Positions 56,563 to 64,000 of a stretch of 64,000 bases of DNA are shown piece by piece (position 1 is the stretch's first letter; the number at the start of each line of letters is the position of its first letter). The notes under the pieces were generated by a model that was not told where the DNA came from, searched no databases, and saw only the letters and a list, made by a program, of their open reading frames with translations. The position numbers and the translations under genes were made by a program. The stretch comes from Minisyncoccota bacterium (GTDB taxonomy: Bacteria; Patescibacteriota; Minisyncoccia; Phycocordibacterales; CAJBRS01): the NCBI GenBank assembly GCA_035652395.1, contig DASRDX010000012.1, positions 23,861 to 87,860 on the forward strand, given 5' to 3'.

Positions 56563-57228
56563 ATGTACAAAACCAAGCCCTATCACCCTTGCGATATGCC
56601 GGCCTCTGAAGAATTAAACGTCCTGGTTCTGAACGCCTCGCTCAAACATACAAAGGAAGAGACCTCCAATACGGAGGAGCTTTCTGAGCTGGTGCTGAAA
56701 TATATGAGCCAGCACGGGTCAAAAATCAAAAGTGAAATTATTCGTCTGGCTGACAAAAATATTCCGGTTGGCCTTAAGTATAAAGAGGGCGAGAATGATG
56801 ATTGGCCCGATATCGTCAAAAAATTAAAAGAGGCTGATGTAGTAATCTTTGCCACTCCCATTTGGTGGGGCAGTCGCTCGAGTTTGATGCAGAGAATTAT
56901 CGAAAGAATGGACGCTCTTGATGAAGACTATATTGCTTCCGGCCGCAGCGCTCTTTTAAATAAGGTGGCCGGAATTACTATCACCGGCAGCGAAGACGGC
57001 GCTCAAGCCACTCTTGGCAGCATTATGGAAGTTCTAACCTTCATGAATTTCACTTTGCCGCCTGAATGCTGCGCTTACTGGGTGGGTGAAGTCGGTCAGC
57101 CGCCGGCGGAAGATCGAGCCAAAAGGCTGAAAAATAAAGCAACTGATCATATGGCTAAAAATCTTGCCCGCAATTTAGTTTATTACGCTAATCTCCTTAA
57201 ACTTCATCCACTAGAAATTAAAAAGTAG
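56563..57228 (+). CDS. Flavodoxin-like fold NAD(P)H-dependent FMN reductase family protein
   Basis: Start moved to ATG 56563 (MYKTKPY...), avoiding overlap with the convergent gene. VLVLNASLK ... ADVVIFATPIWWGSRSSLMQRIIERMD. Confidence 0.55.
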   Translation: MYKTKPYHPCDMPASEELNVLVLNASLKHTKEETSNTEELSELVLKYMSQHGSKIKSEIIRLADKNIPVGLKYKEGENDDWPDIVKKLKEADVVIFATPIWWGSRSSLMQRIIERMDALDEDYIASGRSALLNKVAGITITGSEDGAQATLGSIMEVLTFMNFTLPPECCAYWVGEVGQPPAEDRAKRLKNKATDHMAKNLARNLVYYANLLKLHPLEIKK

Positions 57229-57362
57229 TGGGCGATGAGGGTAAACATTTCTCATTGCCATATATTTGAATTTAGAAGCTCGTTGCCACAGAATTACTTA
57301 AGTTTACCAACATGGCGCCGAAATTTAAAATTACTGGAAAATCCAGATAATTTTAAATTTTG

Positions 57363-57435
57363 TGGGCGATGAGGGACTCGAACCCCCGACCTTTTCGGTG
57401 TAAACGAATTGCTCTACCAACTGAGCTAATCGCCC
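57363..57435 (-). tRNA. tRNA-Val (TAC)
   Basis: GGGCGAUUAGCUCAGUUGGUAGAGCAAUUCGUUUACACCGAAAAGGUCGGGGGUUCGAGUCCCUCAUCGCCCA; anticodon loop UUUACAC. Confidence 0.85.
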
Positions 57436-57485
57436 AAGTATGCTTTCACTTTAATATCAAAGACTTTTTAAATCAACCTTGTGTG

Positions 57486-57557
57486 CGCCCCCGCGAGGAA
57501 TCGAACCTCGATTGACGGCTTAGAAGTCCGCAGTTCTATCCATTGAACTACGGGGGC
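57486..57557 (-). tRNA. tRNA-Arg (TCT), anticodon stem with one mismatch
   Basis: GCCCCCGUAGUUCAAUGGAUAGAACUGCGGACUUCUAAGCCGUCAAUCGAGGUUCGAUUCCUCGCGGGGGCG; loop CUUCUAA. Confidence 0.65.
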
Positions 57558-57595
57558 GTGTTCATAAAATAGCGCGCGCTTTAACTTATAGCAAG

Positions 57596-57934
57596 CTAGA
57601 GTGCCGGGTCCGCAGCGCTTGGTGAGGCTTGTCGCAGGTCTTCAAAATGTTTTTCCCGAGCGTCGTAAGTGCTGATGGTCTGCTTCAGTTTACTAATGGT
57701 GGATTGGTCGGCGCCGGCGGTTTGAGCCGGCGACGCTTCAAAGATGTTGCCTCGATTGATTTGCCAGAAAAGATAGCCGCTCCAGATCAAGATTAAAATG
57801 CTCAAAACAACAAAGATGATGATCGTCTTCTGCCAGTCTCCATAGGGATCGGCTCCGATACGCGGACCGCGCTTTCCGCCTGATCCGCGAAACTTCAATA
57901 ATTTTTTAAAAATGGCTCCTAGATCTTGCTTCAT
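57596..57934 (-). CDS. Small single-TM protein, hypothetical
   Basis: 112-aa ORF with a central TM segment. Confidence 0.4.
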   Translation of the reverse strand: MKQDLGAIFKKLLKFRGSGGKRGPRIGADPYGDWQKTIIIFVVLSILILIWSGYLFWQINRGNIFEASPAQTAGADQSTISKLKQTISTYDAREKHFEDLRQASPSAADPAL

Positions 57935-57935
57935 A

Positions 57936-58559
57936 TTATTTTATTTTCACCACATTAAAATCATACTCCGCCTCCCAAACACTGGCGCGCCTTAGCACCG
58001 TTTTCGGCGTTGAGCTAGAACTTGAAGCACTTAAATCAATATTGCTGGTAGGAACGGCAGCCGTGGTTGTATCCCCGGTTGAATGGAGATTGACTTGATT
58101 AATCCGAATGTTAAACGGCAAAGTCTCTAGCATGGCCAAAAAATAAAAAGTGTTTTGCCAGCTACCGCTGCTATGAAAAGTCAGGTGGAGCAATTCATAA
58201 TTGGCTGAAGAGGGATTCATTTCCATTGTACTAACTGATTCAGTCTTGCCATCAAGATGAGCGAAGGCAGCCAGTCGTTCAATGGTATTGATAAAATCTA
58301 CGGCTCCATCACTTTGGACAAAATAGGAATTAATTTTGCTTTCGTCTCCAGAAGCATTGGAAAAAGTGGAACGGAGCGAGTCTAGATTTTGATCTTCTGC
58401 CTGAAGAGAGGCTACGTCATTGGCCAAAGCCGAACTTTGCTGCACGTATTTTTTCAAGTTATTGAAGAAATAGTAGTAAGCGGCGGCCATTAAAAGAACT
58501 AGAAGTGTCGCTCCTAAAACCAATTCTAAAGTATTGGAAATTTTGACAGATTTTTTCAT
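57936..58559 (-). CDS. Type IV pilus assembly PilO-like protein (tentative)
   Basis: N-terminal TM + coiled-coil + periplasmic domain, third gene after pilM/pilN-like genes. Confidence 0.4.
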   Translation of the reverse strand: MKKSVKISNTLELVLGATLLVLLMAAAYYYFFNNLKKYVQQSSALANDVASLQAEDQNLDSLRSTFSNASGDESKINSYFVQSDGAVDFINTIERLAAFAHLDGKTESVSTMEMNPSSANYELLHLTFHSSGSWQNTFYFLAMLETLPFNIRINQVNLHSTGDTTTAAVPTSNIDLSASSSSSTPKTVLRRASVWEAEYDFNVVKIK

Positions 58560-59143
58560 GATTTTAGTGTCAGGGTCATGGTGAAATCAATATCCCGATC
58601 AGCGGCGAAGGCGGATATTGGCAATTCCACTTTGGTGAAATCTTTAATGGTCTGCAAACTGTGATAAAACTGGGTTAAATCATCACGCTTATTGGCGTTT
58701 CCTTTAATAAGAATGGTTGACCCTTCGGCGCCGTAGTTTACAAAAAATTGGTTGACCGTGATTCCGCTCGTTTTCTTGTCAGTTATTTCCTTAATGTAAA
58801 AGGATGAATTACCGGTTTTATTATCAATTTTTAGAGCACTGAGGTTTCCCTTTAAGGAAGTTAAGAACTTGGCCAAATTTGGATCAGTCTTAGTCGCAAT
58901 ATCGGTTTTAATGCCCGCACTTTGGTCGTTGAGGTCCGCTACTTTCCGATACGAGAGTAAATATGAGGGCAAAAGGAAAGCGCTAGCTATTACTTCGATG
59001 GCGAAAATAAAACACAAAATAACGAAAAGTAATCGATAAAAATATTCGCGTTTCAATAATTTCTTTTCTTCTTCCGGTAATAAATGAAACATTTTATTAA
59101 GATATGGGCTTTGTGGGTAAAGCCAAGCCGATGGCTGCTCCAA
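58556..59143 (-). CDS. Type IV pilus assembly PilN-like protein (tentative)
   Basis: Single N-terminal TM; overlaps pilM's 3' end; alternative start MFHLLPEEEKK at ~59092. Confidence 0.4.
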   Translation of the reverse strand: MEQPSAWLYPQSPYLNKMFHLLPEEEKKLLKREYFYRLLFVILCFIFAIEVIASAFLLPSYLLSYRKVADLNDQSAGIKTDIATKTDPNLAKFLTSLKGNLSALKIDNKTGNSSFYIKEITDKKTSGITVNQFFVNYGAEGSTILIKGNANKRDDLTQFYHSLQTIKDFTKVELPISAFAADRDIDFTMTLTLKS

Positions 59144-60200
59144 AATTTAGAGCATCCGCCGCTTCAACTGGCGGAATATACTGATCAAAACTAAAAGCAT
59201 TACTCCAGACATTGGCAATTTCAACTTCCATCCGAACAGTTTCAGCTAAATATTCCTTAAAACCGATTATTGAAGCTTCTCGACCGAGAAGATAAACTTT
59301 TTGGATTTTCTGGCGTTCCAGAACTTGGCCTCTTTCCGTATGAGTATGCCAATAGCTGAAAATTCTCTCAATCTCGTCCTTCAAAACCGAAGCAACGTTA
59401 ACTAAAGCAAAAAAGACGTCGGTATTTTCTTCAGTCTTAATAAAGCCTTTTTGCTTTTTTATTTTCTCCGCCTCCGATACATCAACTTTGAATTGCTTGG
59501 CGATGGCTTGCGTAAAGTTGTCGCTTCCTACTGCCAGACTGGAATTAAATTGCACCCGCTCGTTACTAACCACCGAGAATCCTGTTTTTGTATCATCAAT
59601 ATTGATAACTAAATAAGTGCCTGCATCGCCGTTTTTAATCACCGCTCGGGCAATAGCTTGGGCTTCGATGGAAAACGATAGCGGCATCAGATCGGCTTTT
59701 TTCAGTAACTCCACGTATTGGTTAATTGTCTCACGAGGTAAAACTGAAACGATGGCTTCCCTTTTTGACTCACTTTCCGGTGCCCCTTCCGATAGTTTGG
59801 GTTCGAGCAAATGATAATCAAAGATGGCTTCTTCTAAAGAAAGAGGTACATTTTCCTCGAGATGAAATTCAATAAAGGTTCGAATTTCCTTATCCGTGGT
59901 GTTCGGAATTTCGGTCGTAAATACATAGGATTTTTCATCCGGTAGAGCCGTTTTCACAAATTTCAGTTTATTTTCCTTTTTTAACTGGCGCAAAATTTCT
60001 ACCAGTTGCTTGTTTTCTGCAAGCGGTGCTTCGGCATTGAAATAATCCAGCTGCTTTTGGCTGAATGAGCCAACTTCCAAAGTTTTCTTGCCCTTTTTAA
60101 ATTCAATCAACCTAAGAGTGTGCGGGCTAAGGTGCAGCCCGGCGTATGGCATCTGGAGAAAGACTGGAGGAGGAAAATATTCAAAAAACTTTTTGGCCAT
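59097..60200 (-). CDS. pilM: Type IV pilus assembly protein PilM-like (actin/FtsA-like ATPase fold)
   Basis: 367 aa with an FtsA/PilM-like two-lobed pattern (YLVINIDDTKTGFSVV...), followed by two small bitopic genes. Confidence 0.6.
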   Translation of the reverse strand: MAKKFFEYFPPPVFLQMPYAGLHLSPHTLRLIEFKKGKKTLEVGSFSQKQLDYFNAEAPLAENKQLVEILRQLKKENKLKFVKTALPDEKSYVFTTEIPNTTDKEIRTFIEFHLEENVPLSLEEAIFDYHLLEPKLSEGAPESESKREAIVSVLPRETINQYVELLKKADLMPLSFSIEAQAIARAVIKNGDAGTYLVINIDDTKTGFSVVSNERVQFNSSLAVGSDNFTQAIAKQFKVDVSEAEKIKKQKGFIKTEENTDVFFALVNVASVLKDEIERIFSYWHTHTERGQVLERQKIQKVYLLGREASIIGFKEYLAETVRMEVEIANVWSNAFSFDQYIPPVEAADALNFGAAIGLALPTKPIS

Positions 60201-60245
60201 TACTAAATATTATATCACCGCTTAACTAAACTTCGCTTGGAGAAA

Positions 60246-60581
60246 TTAATTTCCGGCCGTTCCGGTAGGAATGTTGGGATTTTGCGGCACGATTAAAGAA
60301 AATGGCATGCCTTCTTTACCTCCCATGGCAAAGAGCATGCCGTTGCTTTCGTGGCCTCGAATAGTGCGAGGCTCAAGATTGGTAACGAAAAGGCATTTAG
60401 TACCAATAAGAGCGGCGGGGTCGGGATAATATTCGGCGATGCCGGAGACGATTTGGCGAGGCGGAGCCTCGCCAAAATCCACTGATAGCTTAAGAAGCTT
60501 ATCAGTGTCAGGAATGCGGTCGGCCGTGAGGATCCGGCCGACCCTGATTTCCACCTTTTTGAACTCTTCATAAGAAATCAT
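60246..60581 (-). CDS. Stand-alone tRNA-binding domain protein (Myf/EMAP/CsaA-like; equivalent to MetRS C-terminal domain)
   Basis: EEFKKVEIRVGRILTAD...DKLLKLSVDFGE..RQIVSGIAEYY...LIGTKCLFVTNLEPRTIRGHESNGML; start taken at MISYEEF. Confidence 0.7.
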   Translation of the reverse strand: MISYEEFKKVEIRVGRILTADRIPDTDKLLKLSVDFGEAPPRQIVSGIAEYYPDPAALIGTKCLFVTNLEPRTIRGHESNGMLFAMGGKEGMPFSLIVPQNPNIPTGTAGN

Positions 60582-60583
60582 AA

Positions 60584-60805
60584 TTGTTCTATTATAATGG
60601 AATGATGGAAAGATTCGAACAGCCAACCGAAGAATCGCCCGAGATTAAAGTGCTGGCGCCTGAAGACAGGGAGATGTGGGATTACTATCAAAGGATGAAA
60701 CTCACCAGATTGGAAGACAGGACTCCGGAAGAAAACATTAAACTTGGAGCGGCACTTGAGCGCTTAAAAGACCTTAACCTTCTGGAAGAAAGTGAAAGTG
60801 CTTAA
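60584..60805 (+). CDS. Small acidic hypothetical protein
   Basis: 73-aa ORF divergent from the tRNA-binding gene and convergent with ruvX; could be spurious. Confidence 0.3.
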   Translation: MFYYNGMMERFEQPTEESPEIKVLAPEDREMWDYYQRMKLTRLEDRTPEENIKLGAALERLKDLNLLEESESA

Positions 60806-61192
60806 TTAGCGCGCACGTCTAGCCAAAAAACTTTTTAAAATAAGAGCGGCGGCCGAAGAATCTAATAGAGGCGTCGCGCCTTGCAGGCGCGACGCCTCTT
60901 GGCTTGTCATAAATTCCGGCTCCAAATAAACTGGCAAATTTAATTCTTTCTCCAGAACTCCCTTAAACATTTTAATATCCGCCATAATTTTATTTTCCTC
61001 ACCGGCAAAATTACGCGACTCCCCCATCACCACAGCTGCCACGCCTTCGGCGTGACACAATGCCTTAATCCTCTCCAAAAGGAGTTTGTTATTAGTTATC
61101 ACCCCTTTCGGAAAAGCCATCGTCTGATCATCATTAGAAATGGCCAGTCCCACGTTCTTCTGTCCGTAGTCAATTCCCAGAAGTTTAGACAT
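60806..61192 (-). CDS. ruvX: Holliday junction resolvase-like YqgF/RuvX
   Basis: MSKLLGIDYGQKNVGLAISND... 128 aa, typical YqgF. Confidence 0.85.
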   Translation of the reverse strand: MSKLLGIDYGQKNVGLAISNDDQTMAFPKGVITNNKLLLERIKALCHAEGVAAVVMGESRNFAGEENKIMADIKMFKGVLEKELNLPVYLEPEFMTSQEASRLQGATPLLDSSAAALILKSFLARRAR

Positions 61193-61221
61193 ATCTTTAA
61201 GTATAAATAAAAATCGACAAC

Positions 61222-61422
61222 TTATTTAGCTGCCGATTGTAATCGTGCTGCTACATCATAGGTGTCCTTTAAAGATGGAGACCCGGTCGGGTATTTTTTG
61301 GCCTTTTCTTTCCCTTTATCAATCCTCTCTAATGCCTCGACAATATAGTCGTGAGGAAGAGTAGGTTGTTGACGAGCTAAAGCAGCTCCGTTTACAAATT
61401 CCACCATTCGAGAAGCGTCCAT
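61222..61422 (-). CDS. Small hypothetical protein (66 aa)
   Basis: ORF immediately upstream of ruvX. Confidence 0.35.
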   Translation of the reverse strand: MDASRMVEFVNGAALARQQPTLPHDYIVEALERIDKGKEKAKKYPTGSPSLKDTYDVAARLQSAAK

Positions 61423-61520
61423 TCTGTCTTTAATCTATTAAAAGAATCTGAAAAGTCAATTAGATTTAGTCAAAAGCCACCTTGTATAGATTGCTCCTTT
61501 TCCTGTATAATTAGACTTTA

Positions 61521-62489
61521 ATGAGTCTCGAAAATAGCGGTCGATTGATTCGCCGATTCAAGAAGAAGATGTTTCTCGAAACCCCGGAAGGGGTTATTTT
61601 TTTGTTTGAATTATTAAAAAGAGTGGCGGCCGAAGGCCGCCGCTCCCTTAACCAACAATTAACCATGATCAACAATTACAAAGGAGTAGAAAATGTAGAG
61701 TTATATGACGAAGTTCTTACCAAGCTTCGGTCGTTCTTTAAAAACCGGGGTTTTGTGGAAGTAAATACACAGGACCGCTTGAGCATTTTGGCGGCCTGCG
61801 AAGACCCGAGCACGGTAGCTACCTACAATTATGCCGGCAAGCTGTGGCCGCTTCCCCAGACCGGGCAGATGTGGCTAGAATACGAATTATTGAAACGCCC
61901 GGAGCTCCCGGGCGTTTTTTGTGTCGGCACAAGTTATCGCGCCGAAAAAAATCCGATACCGGGCCGCCACAAAATAATCTTCCCGATGTTTGAGTTCGAA
62001 GCCAAAGGCACCATAGAAGATCTGAAGAACCTGGAAGCCGAAGCCCTTGAGCATCTGGGCTTCGGCTCTTCCGAAAATTTCATCCACAAAACCTATGATG
62101 AAATGAAAGAATATTATGGCAAAGAACTGACCTATAAAGAAGAAAATAAAATGATGGAAGATTTCGGACCGGTGGTCTTTCTGGAAAATTTTCCCATCTC
62201 CACTTCCCCTTTTTGGAACATGAAAAAGAATGGAGAGTACGCCCACAAAATCGACGTCATCCTCTACGGCAACGAAACTATCGGTAGTGCCGAGCGCAGC
62301 ACTGATAAAGAAGAAATGCGAGAGCAATTTGAAACCATCAGTGGTGGAAGATACGCCGCCAAGCTCTACGAACTTTTCGGCCAAGAGCGAGTCCAAAAAG
62401 AACTAAATGAATTCCTATCGCTCGACTTCTTCCCGCGCTTCGGCGCCGGCATCGGCATGAGCCGTCTCATGGACGCGTATCAGAAATAA
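61521..62489 (+). CDS. AsnRS/AspRS catalytic-core paralog lacking anticodon-binding domain (archaeal-type asparagine synthetase AsnA-like)
   Basis: Class II motif 2-like GVFCVGTSYRAEKNPIPGRHKIIFPMFEFE and motif 3-like GAGIGMSRLMD; ~320 aa. Confidence 0.55.
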   Translation: MSLENSGRLIRRFKKKMFLETPEGVIFLFELLKRVAAEGRRSLNQQLTMINNYKGVENVELYDEVLTKLRSFFKNRGFVEVNTQDRLSILAACEDPSTVATYNYAGKLWPLPQTGQMWLEYELLKRPELPGVFCVGTSYRAEKNPIPGRHKIIFPMFEFEAKGTIEDLKNLEAEALEHLGFGSSENFIHKTYDEMKEYYGKELTYKEENKMMEDFGPVVFLENFPISTSPFWNMKKNGEYAHKIDVILYGNETIGSAERSTDKEEMREQFETISGGRYAAKLYELFGQERVQKELNEFLSLDFFPRFGAGIGMSRLMDAYQK

Positions 62490-62523
62490 AAAGCGTCGCC
62501 TTGTGACGACGCTGTTTCTAATG

Positions 62524-63162
62524 TTAGATTTCCTTAGGTATCAATGAGACCGATAGCTCTTCGATCTCTACCACTCGGGCGAGATTGAGCGCCTGATTAT
62601 AAAGCTCTTCCCGACGCCTAGCCCACCTCTTAATAGCTTCTCCCAACTTTTCCCATATTTGCTGCGGTTCTTCCTCAGTTGCTCCGATGATTGTTGGCAG
62701 ATTAGCCTGCTGGATTTCAATGATTTCTGCTTTTTCCCGACCGCGCTCTTTATATCCTGGTAAACCAATGAAATGTATGGTCGCGAGCACCCATAAACCA
62801 GAGCGAGTTAGTCCCCATACCACTTTGCTACCATTAGGAACGCTTGGTCCACTTGGATAGGAACGATAACCACTATTTGGTACCGTTTTTACCGCCTGCA
62901 ATGGCTGAAGATGGAAAATTCCTTGCGTCTCGAGCGAGAAATTTTCATTTCCAACCGTGGTGGGCCCATCAAAACTAATCTCGTGGCAGAATCCGCTTTC
63001 TGATTTCATGCATTCCAACTTACCCAGAGTGGGTAAGGTAAATTTGTCGAGATGGGACTTAATGAGTTTGCGACGCGCTTCGATGAGCTCAACCCATTCT
63101 TCTCTAGTGGGTTGATTTGGTCGAACTAACTTTTCTAATACTTCAGTATTGATTGAGGGCAT
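62524..63162 (-). CDS. Hypothetical protein
   Basis: 212-aa ORF with coding-like composition. Confidence 0.4.
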   Translation of the reverse strand: MPSINTEVLEKLVRPNQPTREEWVELIEARRKLIKSHLDKFTLPTLGKLECMKSESGFCHEISFDGPTTVGNENFSLETQGIFHLQPLQAVKTVPNSGYRSYPSGPSVPNGSKVVWGLTRSGLWVLATIHFIGLPGYKERGREKAEIIEIQQANLPTIIGATEEEPQQIWEKLGEAIKRWARRREELYNQALNLARVVEIEELSVSLIPKEI

Positions 63163-63409
63163 ACCCTAATCCTTTCTTTTGGTTGTTTTTGTGATTTTCA
63201 AGAGGCTTACCTCCTGTCTAAAAATGATTCTCTCTGACTTAGATTTTTTGTCAAGCAAGTTAATTTCCTTGAGAACGAAATTTATTAACGAAAAAGCCTA
63301 CGTTCGTTTGTCTCGCGTACTCGCTCGGTATCCGCTCCGCCGTTCGAATCCCTCTCTGAGTCAGACGGCCTTGCTGCAGAATGATGCAGGTCACTCTTTG
63401 CAAGTCGTT

Positions 63410-63498
<89 letters not shown>

Positions 63499-63540
63499 TG
63501 GAAAAACAGTTACACTATACTGAATTTTTGGGTGTTTTCA

Positions 63541-63579
63541 AAAGAAAGAGGCGGGCGCGAAGCGCCCGCCTCTTTCTTT
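63541..63579. terminator. Palindromic terminator downstream of CDS 63595..63855
   Basis: AAAGAAAGAGGCGGGCGCgaaGCGCCCGCCTCTTTCTTT. Confidence 0.6.
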
Positions 63580-63594
63580 ATGAAATGCTTTTAA

Positions 63595-63855
63595 CTAAAC
63601 CTGCGGATTACTATTCGGATTTCCGACCGGCCCACTTTTTACTTTGTCGTTTGAGAAAACGTACAAGTAAAGAATATCCAGAATACCGGCTGTATTAACG
63701 ATTAATAACGCTACAAACCAAACTTTCTCGCCGCGGCGAGCTGACTTCCACAGAGCCATACCTTTCCAAATCAGACTCCAGATTATTAGAAGAACGAATA
63801 ATATAGGAGCCAGAACCGGAAAAGGGCTGTGGCTAAACATAAATGGTGACATCAT
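63595..63855 (-). CDS. Small 2-TM membrane protein, hypothetical
   Basis: 86-aa hydrophobic ORF followed by a strong terminator. Confidence 0.45.
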   Translation of the reverse strand: MMSPFMFSHSPFPVLAPILFVLLIIWSLIWKGMALWKSARRGEKVWFVALLIVNTAGILDILYLYVFSNDKVKSGPVGNPNSNPQV

Positions 63856-64000
63856 AATGATTTAATTATAACTCCAAATCGAAATTTCAAGTACTAGGTG
63901 CAAGTAAGCCCAATTCGCGCTAAAATTAAGCTTAATGGATCCATTGAGTCCCTTAACTTGGCAGGCCCTTGAGTATCATCATGAACCGAAATCAGTTGAT

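Noticed and set aside
61887-62396. 169-aa minus-strand ORF inside the AsnRS-like gene
   Set aside because: Antisense shadow ORF of a motif-bearing class II synthetase-like gene.

Overview
This 64 kb window looks like a compact chromosomal fragment of a small-genome bacterium resembling the Candidate Phyla Radiation / Patescibacteria (Parcubacteria-like). GC is about 43% and genes are tightly packed, mostly on the minus strand. The window opens inside a 23S rRNA gene on the minus strand (its 5' ~750 nt). Ribosomal and translation genes include rplL, rplJ, rplK, rplS, rpsF-ssb-rpsR, secE-nusG, efp, metG, glyQS, ileS and argS, with five tRNA genes. Housekeeping genes include ftsK, recA, recO, ruvX, tatD and msrA. 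There is a folate/thymidylate module (glyA, a divergent thyA, a dCMP-deaminase fusion, DHFR, folD) interleaved with two HIT-like paralogs, a CYTH protein, a cytidylyltransferase-family nucleotidyltransferase and a Nudix-like protein. A pilM-pilN-pilO-like type IV pilus module is present, along with several large secreted or cell-surface proteins with peptidoglycan-binding-type domains. The most unusual items are: a histidine-phosphatase (PGAM-like) domain inserted inside IleRS; an operon of a 1085-aa secreted beta-helix/lipase protein with two small membrane proteins; a ~75-nt conserved leader element shared by two adjacent genes; a DedA-PAP2 fusion (three DedA paralogs overall); and rplK not being followed by rplA. 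No CRISPR array, transposase or clear prophage was seen. Every call below is from reading the ORF translations and sequence motifs; no database search was run.
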